Source: an uncultured bacterium
Lineage (GTDB): Bacteria > Edwardsbacteria > AC1 > EtOH8
Direction: 5' to 3'
DNA: 64,000 nucleotides
NCBI GenBank assembly: GCA_963780225.1
Contig: CAWAAX010000011.1
Location: forward strand, 64,001-128,000
The notes below the pieces were generated by a model. It saw nothing but the letters and a program-made list of their open reading frames with translations, made no database searches and was not told where the DNA came from. How positions within the stretch are numbered: the stretch's first letter is position 1; each line of letters begins with the position of its first letter. The position numbers and the translations under genes are program-made. This document shows, in pieces, positions 29,973 through 38,898 of the stretch.

Positions 29973-31178
29973 TCACATATTCTTCTTGATCATGGTGGCC
30001 AGCCTCAGGATCCCTTCCTCGATCTGGGCCTCGGTGGGATAGGAGAAATTCATCCGCATGGCATTCTGGCCCTTGCCGTCGCAATGGAAGGCGGTGCCCA
30101 CCACGTAGGCCACCTTCTCTTCTATGGCCTTGGGGAAAAGCTCGTTGGCGCTCATATTCTTGGGAAGCTTGATCCACAGGAACAGCCCGCCCTCGGGCTT
30201 GGTCCACTTAACCCCTTTGGGCATGTGTTTTTTAAGGGCCTTCAGCATCACCTGGCGCTTCTGGCCGTAGAGGATCTTGATCCGCTCGATCTGGGGCTGC
30301 AGCAGGCCCTGCTTCATGTATTCGGCGGTGATCAGCTGGTTGAAGGAGGGGCTGCAAAGGTCCATGCTCTGCTTGGCCACTATCATCCGGTCCATCCACT
30401 CGGCCGGAGCGGTGATCCAGGCCAGGCGCAGGCCGGGACAGAAGATCTTGGAGAAGGTCCCCAGCACTATCACCTGGTTTTGGGTGTCCAGGCTGTAGAT
30501 GGGCGGCACCGGCTCCCCGGTAAAGCGCAGGTCACGGTAGGGGCTGTCTTCCACGATCGGAATTTCATACTTGTAGGCCAGCTCCAGCAGTTTCTTCCGG
30601 CGCTCCAGGCTCATGGTAATCCCGGACGGGTTCTGGAAATCCGGCACCACGTAGATGAACTTCGGCTTCTTGTTCTTCTTGGCCATGGCGACCAGCACCT
30701 TTTCCAGCTTGTCCATCCGCATCCCTTCATCATCCTGGGGCACGCCCACCATCTTGGCCCGGTAGGCGGTGAAGGCCTGCAGCCCGCCCACGTAGCTGGG
30801 AAGCTCCACGATCACGGTGTCGCCGGGATCCAAAAACACCTTGGACACTATGTCCAGCCCCTGCTGGGAACCGGAGGTAATGAAGATGTTCTCCGGCTTG
30901 ATGCCCGGCTTTTCCTGGGACATCCACTTGGCCAGCTCCTCGCGCAGGGGAGCCTCGCCCTCGGTGGTGCCGTACTGAAGGGCCATGGCTCCCTTTTCCC
31001 GCAGGAGCCGGCAGGAGATCTCCTCAATCTCCTGAACCGGGAAAGTGTCGGGGGCCGGCAGGCCGCCGGCAAAACTGATGATGCCGGGCTGGCGGGTGAA
31101 CTTCAAGAGCTCGCGGATCTCGGAACGCTTCATGTTGAGGGCGTTCTTGGAATAGAAGGCGGATAGATCTTTGATCAT
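29973..31178 (-). CDS. PLP-dependent aminotransferase (2-aminoadipate transaminase-like)
   Basis: ISFAGGLP, FQNPSG, EDSPY, TFSKIFCPGLRL. Confidence 0.92.
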   Translation of the reverse strand: MIKDLSAFYSKNALNMKRSEIRELLKFTRQPGIISFAGGLPAPDTFPVQEIEEISCRLLREKGAMALQYGTTEGEAPLREELAKWMSQEKPGIKPENIFITSGSQQGLDIVSKVFLDPGDTVIVELPSYVGGLQAFTAYRAKMVGVPQDDEGMRMDKLEKVLVAMAKKNKKPKFIYVVPDFQNPSGITMSLERRKKLLELAYKYEIPIVEDSPYRDLRFTGEPVPPIYSLDTQNQVIVLGTFSKIFCPGLRLAWITAPAEWMDRMIVAKQSMDLCSPSFNQLITAEYMKQGLLQPQIERIKILYGQKRQVMLKALKKHMPKGVKWTKPEGGLFLWIKLPKNMSANELFPKAIEEKVAYVVGTAFHCDGKGQNAMRMNFSYPTEAQIEEGILRLATMIKKNM

Positions 31179-31281
31179 GGGTGGTGGCTCCGATATTTTA
31201 TATTGATTGATTTGTTTATCGCTTTGTCACCGCTCTAATAACCTGATTGTTCTTTTCCACAAGTCCCGGGCAATTACAAAT

Positions 31282-31695
31282 TTATGTCTTAATGCTTCTT
31301 TGCTCCAGGCCGGTCTCTTTGGCCATCATTTCAAAATGCCGGTCGGCGTGCAGCAGCAGACAGCGGTGCTTTATGGCCAGGCGGGCAATGATCAGGTCGG
31401 ACGTTGGTATCTTGAGGCCGGCCCTTATCAGGCGATGGCCCAATTGGGCAACCATCTTCCATTCCTCCTCCGGGAACGGCAGATAATGCAAGGAGCCCAG
31501 TTCGCTGGAGAGATCTTGATACTCTCCTTCGTTTCGGGCTCCCTGTAAAAGTTCTGCCATGATCATTCCGGCGGTGGCAGCCCGGTCATGATCCAGCAGT
31601 TTCCCTACCAATACTTGGGCCTTAGGCGAACCCTTGGGCCTCAAGGCCAGGATCCAGGCCGAACTGTCTATCAGGACCAATCCGCTACCGGGCAT
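31282..31695 (-). CDS. vapC: VapC-family PIN toxin
   Basis: LIDSSAWI, ELLQG, D.IIA, DRHF. Confidence 0.9.
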   Translation of the reverse strand: MPGSGLVLIDSSAWILALRPKGSPKAQVLVGKLLDHDRAATAGMIMAELLQGARNEGEYQDLSSELGSLHYLPFPEEEWKMVAQLGHRLIRAGLKIPTSDLIIARLAIKHRCLLLHADRHFEMMAKETGLEQRSIKT

Positions 31696-31888
31696 TTCTG
31701 GAGGCCTCCAGCTTGCTCAGGGTGAGGTTCAATCCGGTCCGTCCCAGGCGCTGCTTAAGGCTGATCATCCTTTTCTGACGCACCAGTTCCTCCAGGGAAA
31801 GGTTTAACACCTGCCGCTTGGTCTTGGCGCCGGTCAGCCGGAAAGCTTCCTTTAACAAATGCTCGTCCAATTCAACTAATGTTTTCAT
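31685..31888 (-). CDS. vapB: VapB-family antitoxin
   Basis: MKTLVELDEHLLKEA...TKRQV; overlaps the PIN gene. Confidence 0.9.
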   Translation of the reverse strand: MKTLVELDEHLLKEAFRLTGAKTKRQVLNLSLEELVRQKRMISLKQRLGRTGLNLTLSKLEASRNAR

Positions 31889-31898
31889 ATGTATCTCC

Positions 31899-31931
31899 TA
31901 TATATATAAATATAAGACTATTATATATATA
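31899..31931. promoter_or_regulatory. putative VapB operator
   Basis: Inverted repeat tatatatataa / ttatatatata immediately upstream of vapB. Confidence 0.45.
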
Positions 31932-31933
31932 AG

Positions 31934-32863
31934 TCAAGCAAAAACTTTCTTTATTTTTATCTGATCCCCGGCAATGGCCCGCTTCAGTTCGCTCAGGCTG
32001 CGGAACTTCTTGCCGGGCCGGATGAATTTGTGGACCTCCAGGATCAGCTCCCGGGCATAGAGGTTTCCGGGATTCCCGAAGGCGTTGAACTCTATTGTTC
32101 GGGCTTTTTGGCCGCCAAAGGTCGGCCGGCTTCCGATATAAAGCATCCCGTCATAGGTCTTATTTTCCCCTAAGGCCCTGGCGGCATAGACCCCGTCCCC
32201 CGGGATGAGTTTCAGTCTATCGCTGACTTTTAGGTTGGCGGTGGGATAACCCAGTTTCCTTCCCATTCCCCTCCCCTTCACCACCCGGCCGCTGATCAGG
32301 TAGGGGTGGCCCAGCAATTTTACCGCCTGGTTGAAAAGGCCGTCTTGGATCTGCTTCCGGATCAGGGTGCTACCGATCTTTATTTGCCGTGACTGGCAGG
32401 CGGCGATCCCCTCCACCTTAAATCCGTATTTCAGCCCCAGCTTCTTCAGCAGTAAGATGTCTCCCCGGCGGCCGGCCCCGAACCCGCAATCCTGGCCGCA
32501 GATCACTGTTGCGGCTCCCAGCTTTTGAACCAATATATTTTTTACGAACTGCTCCGGATCCATGGCGGCCATGCTTTTGGAGAACCGGATCACGGCCATC
32601 ACATCCGCTCCCATCCGGGAAAGCAGCAGCATCTTCTCCGTCCCGGTGGTCAGGATGAAAGGCTGGCTGGCGCGCCGGAGAACCTTTTGGGGATGGGGCT
32701 CAAAAGTAAGGACCACGCTCTGGTGTCCGGCCGCTTGGGCCCGGTTGATCAGTTTATTTATCAGTACCTGGTGGCCCCGGTGCAGTCCGTCGAAAACTCC
32801 CAGGGTCACCACCGCACCGGGATGCTCCCGGCCGAAATTATTCAGGCGGGTGATGGTCAGCAT
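31934..32863 (-). CDS. ribF: riboflavin kinase / FAD synthetase
   Basis: GVFDGLHRGH, TFEPHP, GYPTAN, GSRPTF. Confidence 0.96.
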   Translation of the reverse strand: MLTITRLNNFGREHPGAVVTLGVFDGLHRGHQVLINKLINRAQAAGHQSVVLTFEPHPQKVLRRASQPFILTTGTEKMLLLSRMGADVMAVIRFSKSMAAMDPEQFVKNILVQKLGAATVICGQDCGFGAGRRGDILLLKKLGLKYGFKVEGIAACQSRQIKIGSTLIRKQIQDGLFNQAVKLLGHPYLISGRVVKGRGMGRKLGYPTANLKVSDRLKLIPGDGVYAARALGENKTYDGMLYIGSRPTFGGQKARTIEFNAFGNPGNLYARELILEVHKFIRPGKKFRSLSELKRAIAGDQIKIKKVFA

Positions 32864-33735
32864 TGCGGCGCCAATACGGTCTGCGGCTTGAAGATATTAT
32901 CCTGGATCCGGCCCAGGGCCAATATTTGACCCTGGTAGCGGGCCTTGATCTGTCCGGCGTCGGGATGGGAACATTCCACCGGGTTGCCGTGCCTTATCCT
33001 TTGAACCTGTTCCGGGGAAAGTTCCAAGGCATCCAAAAAGTACAGGGCCTGGTCAATGGAGACGGCCCCGGACTCAAACTCTGCTCTGCCGGAGTTTCCG
33101 GGCACTGCCCGGTCGAGGGTGAATTCTCCCACTGCGGTTCTGACCAGTTTGGCCAGGGCCGCTCCGCAGCCCAAATTTTTTCCCAGATCGAAGGCCAGCG
33201 AGCGGATGTAGGTCCCTTTGGAGCATTTGACCAAAATGGTGATCTCGGGCAAATTGATCTCTTCCAGTCTGATCCGCTGGATCTCCACCGGACGGGGGGT
33301 CAGTTCCACTTCTATTCCCTGGCGGGCCGCCTTGTACAACGGCTGTCCGTCCTTTTTGATGGCCGAGAAGGCCGGCGGGACCTGCATGATATGGCCCTGA
33401 AAATTGCTCAGCGCTTTCTCTATCTCGGTCCGGCTGAAGACGGGGACGTCTGAAGCGGAAAGCACCTGTCCGCTCAGATCGTAGGTATCGGTGGTTATCC
33501 CCAGTTTGATGATTGCCAGGTATTCCTTGTCCAGTCCTTCAAAGAACTTGGCGGCCCTGGTGGCCTGGCCGGTCAGTACTATCAGAATGCCGGAGGCATC
33601 GGGATCAAGGGTTCCGGCGTGCCCGGCCTTCTTGATGCCCAAAAGCCGCCTGAGGCTGGCTACCTGGGCAAAGGAGGTAGGTCCCGGCGGCTTGTTGACG
33701 ATGTAAACTGCATCTTCCGGCAGCGCGCTGCTCAT
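32857..33735 (-). CDS. truB: tRNA pseudouridine(55) synthase
   Basis: GHAGTLDP, PPAFSA, CSKGTYIRSL. Confidence 0.97.
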   Translation of the reverse strand: MSSALPEDAVYIVNKPPGPTSFAQVASLRRLLGIKKAGHAGTLDPDASGILIVLTGQATRAAKFFEGLDKEYLAIIKLGITTDTYDLSGQVLSASDVPVFSRTEIEKALSNFQGHIMQVPPAFSAIKKDGQPLYKAARQGIEVELTPRPVEIQRIRLEEINLPEITILVKCSKGTYIRSLAFDLGKNLGCGAALAKLVRTAVGEFTLDRAVPGNSGRAEFESGAVSIDQALYFLDALELSPEQVQRIRHGNPVECSHPDAGQIKARYQGQILALGRIQDNIFKPQTVLAPQC

Positions 33736-35603
33736 GGCCGGGCCTTAAAATATTTTTCCGCCGAAGCCGCGATGCCCGAAACGCTGAGGCCGTTCTTTTC
33801 CAACAGCAGAGACCGGGGGCCGGCCTCTACGAAACTGTCGGGCAGTCCCAGCCGCTGGATATCGGTTTTCAGTTGCTGCCGGTTGGCCAGTTCCAAAATA
33901 GACGAGCCGAAGCCGCCGGCCAGAACATTTTCTTCGATGGTCAGTACTTTTTTATGGCGGGCCAGGATGCCGCCGATGCTTTCTTCGTCCAGAGGGCTGG
34001 CAAACCGGGCGTTCCAGACTTCTATCTCCAAACCCTTTGCTGCCAGCAATTCTGCCGCCTGACGGCCTAAAGTGGCCCCTATGCCCAACCCCAATATGGC
34101 CCCGTCCTTTCCCTCCCTAAGTTTTTCAGCCCGGCCCAAAGGCAGTTCCTGCGGATCAGTCAACTTGACGCCGAAACCGCTGCCCCGGGGATAGCGGATG
34201 GCCGAGGGCCCGTTATGCTTGAGGGCTGTTACCAGCATGTCCCTTAATTCCTGCTCGTCTTTAGGAGCCATCAGCAGCAGGTTGGGAATGCAGCGCAGAT
34301 AAGAGATGTCGAAAGGCCCGTGATGGGTGGGGCCGTCCTCGCCCACCAGCCCGGCCCGGTCGATGGCCAGCACCACCGGCAGTTTCTGGAGGGAGATGTC
34401 GTGGATGATCTGGTCATAGCCTCGCTGTAAAAAGGTGGAGTAGATGGCCACCACCGGACGTAAGCCCCGGGAGGCCAGTCCGGCGGCAAAGGTCAGGGCA
34501 TGCTGTTCGGCGATGCCCACGTCGTAAAACCTTTCCGGAATGGCGTCCCGGAAGATGTCCAGGCCGGTGCCCTCGGGCATGGCCGCGGTGATGGCCACGA
34601 TCCGTGGATCCTTTAGCCCCAGTTCGCTTAGGGTCTGGCCGAAGACCTCGGTGTAGGAGGGGATGTCCGACTGGGTGCGGGAGTTGCCGGTCTCGGGATC
34701 GAAGGCCCCCACCCCGTGGAACTTTTCGGCGTTGTTCTCGGCCGGGGCATATCCTTTGCCCTTGGTGGTCAGCACGTGGAGCATGGTGGGGCCGGGCAGG
34801 TCCTTGATCCGGGACAGTATCTTGATCAAAGCCTCCAGGTCGTGGCCGTCCACCGGACCTTCGTAATGGTAGCCCAGCTCCTCAAAGGTCAGGCCCGGCA
34901 CGATCAGGTTCTTGAATCCCTGGCGCAAACGGCGGAACATCACCCTGGTCGGCTGGCCGAAGTTCTTGGGCAGTTTCCCCAACAAGTCCCAGAGGTTCTT
35001 TTCAAAGCTGGTATAGGCCGGAGCGGTGGTGATCCGGGTCAGGTACTGGCCCAGGGCCCCCACCCGTTTGGAGATGGCCATCCGGTTGTCGTTCAAGACC
35101 ACCAGCATGTTCTTTTTCAGCTGGCCGGCATGGTTCAGTCCCTCAAAGGCCAGGCCACCGGTCAGCGAACCGTCGCCGATGATAGCCGCCACCCGGAATT
35201 TTTCCCCGCTCAGATCCCGGGCGCAGGCCATCCCCAGGGCCGCCGAGATGGAGGTGGAGGCGTGCCCGGTGTCAAAACAGTCATAGCAGCTTTCAGCCCG
35301 CTTGGGAAAGCCGCTCAAGCCCTGATAGGTCCGGATCGTGCAGAATTCCTTCTTTCTTCCGGTCAGAATCTTGTGAGCATAGGTCTGGTGACCCACGTCC
35401 CAGATCAGCTTGTCATCAGGTGCTTCAAAGACGTAGTGCAAGGCAATGGTCAACTCCACCGTTCCCAGGCTGGGGGCCAGGTGCCCGCCGTTCTTGGAGA
35501 TGGTCTCTATGATCTGCCGCCGCACCTCGCCCGCTAGCTGCTGCAGCTGCTGGAGGTTCAAACTCTTCAGGTCGTCCGGATTATTTATGCTGTCCAGGAT
35601 CAT
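33732..35603 (-). CDS. dxs: 1-deoxy-D-xylulose-5-phosphate synthase
   Basis: GGHL, WDVGHQ, GDGSLTGG, DRAGLVGEDGPTHHG. Confidence 0.98.
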   Translation of the reverse strand: MILDSINNPDDLKSLNLQQLQQLAGEVRRQIIETISKNGGHLAPSLGTVELTIALHYVFEAPDDKLIWDVGHQTYAHKILTGRKKEFCTIRTYQGLSGFPKRAESCYDCFDTGHASTSISAALGMACARDLSGEKFRVAAIIGDGSLTGGLAFEGLNHAGQLKKNMLVVLNDNRMAISKRVGALGQYLTRITTAPAYTSFEKNLWDLLGKLPKNFGQPTRVMFRRLRQGFKNLIVPGLTFEELGYHYEGPVDGHDLEALIKILSRIKDLPGPTMLHVLTTKGKGYAPAENNAEKFHGVGAFDPETGNSRTQSDIPSYTEVFGQTLSELGLKDPRIVAITAAMPEGTGLDIFRDAIPERFYDVGIAEQHALTFAAGLASRGLRPVVAIYSTFLQRGYDQIIHDISLQKLPVVLAIDRAGLVGEDGPTHHGPFDISYLRCIPNLLLMAPKDEQELRDMLVTALKHNGPSAIRYPRGSGFGVKLTDPQELPLGRAEKLREGKDGAILGLGIGATLGRQAAELLAAKGLEIEVWNARFASPLDEESIGGILARHKKVLTIEENVLAGGFGSSILELANRQQLKTDIQRLGLPDSFVEAGPRSLLLEKNGLSVSGIAASAEKYFKARP

Positions 35604-35606
35604 GCT

Positions 35607-36059
35607 TTATCCTATCAGGTAGTGAAATATCAGACCCCAGAATATCCCCAAAATGCAGCCAGCCATCACCTCTATCGGAGTGTGCCCCAACAATAGCTTT
35701 ATTTGCAGGTCCTGGGACTTATTTTTAAGGGTCCGGCTTTCCAATATCCGGTTTAATGCCATGGCTTGTCGGCCCACCGCCCGCCGCACTCCGGCCGCAT
35801 CGTACATCACCACAAAGGCCACGTAAGCGGACAGGGCGAACATCCAGTTATCAAAACCGGCGTTCAAACCTATCATGGTTGCCAAAGTAGCCGAGGAAGC
35901 AGCGTGGGAGCTGGGCATGCCGCCCGGTTCCAGAGTGCGCCGCCAGTTGAGCCGCCCCTCCCAGATGATGGAGGCGAAAGCTTTCAGTATCTGTGTGGAA
36001 AGTCCGCTGGCCACCACGGCCCACAGCAGCTTGTTATTTAGGATGTTCCAGAACGGCAT
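35607..36059 (-). CDS. divergent PAP2 family protein (DUF212)
   Basis: GGMPSSH, VMYDAAGVRR, LGHTP.EV. Confidence 0.93.
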   Translation of the reverse strand: MPFWNILNNKLLWAVVASGLSTQILKAFASIIWEGRLNWRRTLEPGGMPSSHAASSATLATMIGLNAGFDNWMFALSAYVAFVVMYDAAGVRRAVGRQAMALNRILESRTLKNKSQDLQIKLLLGHTPIEVMAGCILGIFWGLIFHYLIG

Positions 36060-36134
36060 ATATCGGGGAACCGATTATTGTGATTTGATGACAGGGGTTT
36101 GGGAATAGCTTACAGCTTATAGCATTAAGCTTCG

Positions 36135-37424
36135 TTAGAACGTCCGGTTGACCATGTAATCGGCCCACTGCATCAGCAGCTGCTTGTACTCGGTCTCCGG
36201 CAGGGGTTCCAGCGCGGCGATGGCCTTGCGCACGTATTTCTGGGCCAGCTCGGCGGTATGCTCGATGCCGCCCAGTTTCACGAACAGCTGGGTGACGCTC
36301 TTGACCTGGGCCGGGGTGGCCTTGGGGTTGCCCAGGGTCTTCAGGATCAAATTCCTTTCGGCCCGGGATGACGCATTGAGCGAATGGTAGACTATGGCCG
36401 TCCGCTTGCCCTCGCGGATGTCCGATCCTACCGGCTTGCCCAGGGTCTTCTCGTTGCCCAAAATCCCCAGGATGTCGTCCTGAAGCTGGAAGGCCATCCC
36501 GCAGTGGGAGGTGAACTGGGACAGTGCCTCCACATAGGGGTGCTTGTTGTTGGGCTGGTCGATGCCGATCATGGCCCCGGCCTTGCCGGCGAATTGGTAC
36601 AGGGCCCCGGTCTTCTTCCACAGCATGGCCAGTATCTTTTCCTCGTTCAATGATTCCAGCGGCATCTTGGAGTACTGAACATCCAGGGCCTCTCCCTCGA
36701 TCAGGGCCGACTGGACGTCGATCTCCAGGTCCAGGATCAGCTGCAGCACCAGGATGGGGTTCACCCCCCGCTCCCGCACCAGTTCGGTCAATAGAGCGAT
36801 GGTCCAGCCCTGCTGCAGGTCCCCGGCCAAAATGGCCATGGAGGTGCCGTAGTGCCGGGCTTCTTCGCCCTTAAGCCCCAGCCGCTTGACGGCCCGCTGG
36901 GTCAGCTCCTCGTGCACCGTGGCCGCTCCCCGGCGCAGCTTGTCCCGGTCGATGATGTCGTCGTGGACCAGGGTCCAGGTGTGGTAAACTTCGATGGCCG
37001 CAGCCGCCGGCAGGGCCTTGTCCTCGTCGCCGCCCACCGCTCCGCAGCAGAACAGGCAGACCGCGGGCCGCAATGATTTGCCGCCGATGCCCAGGTAGCT
37101 GTGCATTCCGCGGTAGATGTCTTCGGGCAGGAACTTGTCGGGCCGGTCCTTAAGCTTAAGATACTGGTGAACTGATTCCTTGCGCTTTTTAACCTCTTCC
37201 AAAAGCCTGGCCAGGGGGCTGAGCGGGGCCGGCTTGGTTGCGGCCGCCGAGCCGGGTCGAGGCGTGACCGAAGGTTTGGCCCCTTCGGCACCGCTCAGGG
37301 CAAGCTTCTTGGCGGCAGGCTTGGCTGTTTTCTTGCTTACCGGCTTGACCGGGCGCTTGATCGCTTTCTTCGGGGGGATCTTGGCTTTTGCCGTCTTGGC
37401 CTTGTGGGTTTTACTCTTGGTCAT
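36135..37424 (-). CDS. polyprenyl diphosphate synthase with basic N-terminal extension
   Basis: GGKSLRP, HDDIID..RRG, KTG.L, FQLQDD, GSDIREGK. Confidence 0.95.
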   Translation of the reverse strand: MTKSKTHKAKTAKAKIPPKKAIKRPVKPVSKKTAKPAAKKLALSGAEGAKPSVTPRPGSAAATKPAPLSPLARLLEEVKKRKESVHQYLKLKDRPDKFLPEDIYRGMHSYLGIGGKSLRPAVCLFCCGAVGGDEDKALPAAAAIEVYHTWTLVHDDIIDRDKLRRGAATVHEELTQRAVKRLGLKGEEARHYGTSMAILAGDLQQGWTIALLTELVRERGVNPILVLQLILDLEIDVQSALIEGEALDVQYSKMPLESLNEEKILAMLWKKTGALYQFAGKAGAMIGIDQPNNKHPYVEALSQFTSHCGMAFQLQDDILGILGNEKTLGKPVGSDIREGKRTAIVYHSLNASSRAERNLILKTLGNPKATPAQVKSVTQLFVKLGGIEHTAELAQKYVRKAIAALEPLPETEYKQLLMQWADYMVNRTF

Positions 37425-37680
37425 TGGGACCCTCCTCCAATTTCATTGCTTCGGTTTTAAATTCCCCCTGGCCGCTTAGGGTAAGTTTTTTAATCTTGAA
37501 ATTCACCTCGTTCAATGCCGCCTTGGCCTGGCCCGTCAGTTCCATTCCCTCCTGGTACAGGCCCAAAGCCTGGTCGATCTCCACTTCGCCGGATTCCAAT
37601 TTCTCCACGATCTGCTCCAGCCGCTTCAGTGCTGTTTCCAGCTTGAAGTCCTTTGGCTGGTTTTTTTTAGCGGTTTTCAT
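37411..37680 (-). CDS. xseB: exodeoxyribonuclease VII small subunit
   Basis: LE.IV.KLESG...YQEG; adjacent to xseA. Confidence 0.93.
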   Translation of the reverse strand: MKTAKKNQPKDFKLETALKRLEQIVEKLESGEVEIDQALGLYQEGMELTGQAKAALNEVNFKIKKLTLSGQGEFKTEAMKLEEGPNDQE

Positions 37681-38882
37681 CGGCCCGTCTCCTTAACTGT
37701 CGTTTTAGCCCATCCCCTGGAAAACTCTGCTGTCAGGCTGTCTTCCGGTTTCAGTGTTTTTGAGTCCTTGATCACCCTTCCCTTTTGGTCGCGGCAGATG
37801 CTGTAGCCCCGGGCCAGCACCGAGCCGGGACCGAGGGCCGCCAGCGACTGGCTTAGTCCGTCCAGTTTTGTCTTTAATAGCCCGACCTGCCAGGCCATGA
37901 CCGCCCCCAATTGTTTCTGGGTCCGGACCAGCTGCTGGGATTTCTGCTCCACCAGATCGGCCAGCCGCATCATCCCGTAACTGCGGCCTACTGCTTTCAG
38001 CCTTTGCTCATACCGGGAGGACAGCCACAACAGGGCGTTCTTCATTCTGGCTCCGGAATCCGAAAGACCCGATCTGACCTCGGCCAGGTCGGGGACCGCC
38101 AGCTCGGCCGCGGCCGACGGGGTGGGGGCCCTGAGGTCGGCCGTGAAATCGGCGATGGTAAAATCTACTTCGTGGCCCACCGCCGAGATCACCGGGATCT
38201 TTGATCCGTAGATGGCCCGGGCCACCGCCTCCTCGTTGAAGGCCCACAGGTCCTCGGCCGAGCCGCCGCCCCGGCCCACTATCAGGAACTGCACCTGGCC
38301 AAAGTTGTTGAACTGTTTGATGGCTTCGGCGATCTTGTCCCCGGCTCCCACACCCTGCACCGGAACCGGGTTCAGGATCAGCTGGCACAGCGGCCAGCGT
38401 CGTTTGATGACCTTGATGATGTCCCGTAAAACCGCCCCGGTGGGCGAGGTCACCAGTCCGATGGCCGTTGGGTATTTGGGAATGGGCCGCTTGTGCTCCG
38501 GGTCGAACAGGCCCTCCTGGAACAGCTTGTTCTTCAGGCGCTCAAAGGCCAGGGCCAGTTCGCCCTGTCCCGCTATTTGCAGCTGCTGGACATTGAGCTG
38601 GTATTGCCCGGCCCGCTCGTACAAAGTAACGTCGGCCAGGGCCAGGCACTGCATCCCGTCCTGGGGCAAAAGCAGCAAAGACTGGGCGGCGGTTTTGAAC
38701 ATCACACAGCGCACCTGCCCCCCGCCGTCCTTTAAGCTGAAGTACAGGTGGCCCGAGGAATGGGCCGTCATGTTGGAGACCTCGCCCTTGACCCACAGCC
38801 TGGGGATGGAGGACTCCAGCACCCGCCGCACCTGGGCGTTGAGCTGGCTGACCGAAAGTATTATCTGCTTGTCGTCGGGCAT
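37677..38882 (-). CDS. xseA: exodeoxyribonuclease VII large subunit
   Basis: SGHLYFSLKD, GRGGGS.EDLWAFN, SAVGHE.D, APTPSAAA. Confidence 0.97.
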   Translation of the reverse strand: MPDDKQIILSVSQLNAQVRRVLESSIPRLWVKGEVSNMTAHSSGHLYFSLKDGGGQVRCVMFKTAAQSLLLLPQDGMQCLALADVTLYERAGQYQLNVQQLQIAGQGELALAFERLKNKLFQEGLFDPEHKRPIPKYPTAIGLVTSPTGAVLRDIIKVIKRRWPLCQLILNPVPVQGVGAGDKIAEAIKQFNNFGQVQFLIVGRGGGSAEDLWAFNEEAVARAIYGSKIPVISAVGHEVDFTIADFTADLRAPTPSAAAELAVPDLAEVRSGLSDSGARMKNALLWLSSRYEQRLKAVGRSYGMMRLADLVEQKSQQLVRTQKQLGAVMAWQVGLLKTKLDGLSQSLAALGPGSVLARGYSICRDQKGRVIKDSKTLKPEDSLTAEFSRGWAKTTVKETGR

Positions 38883-38898
38883 TTGTTCTGATAAAAGG

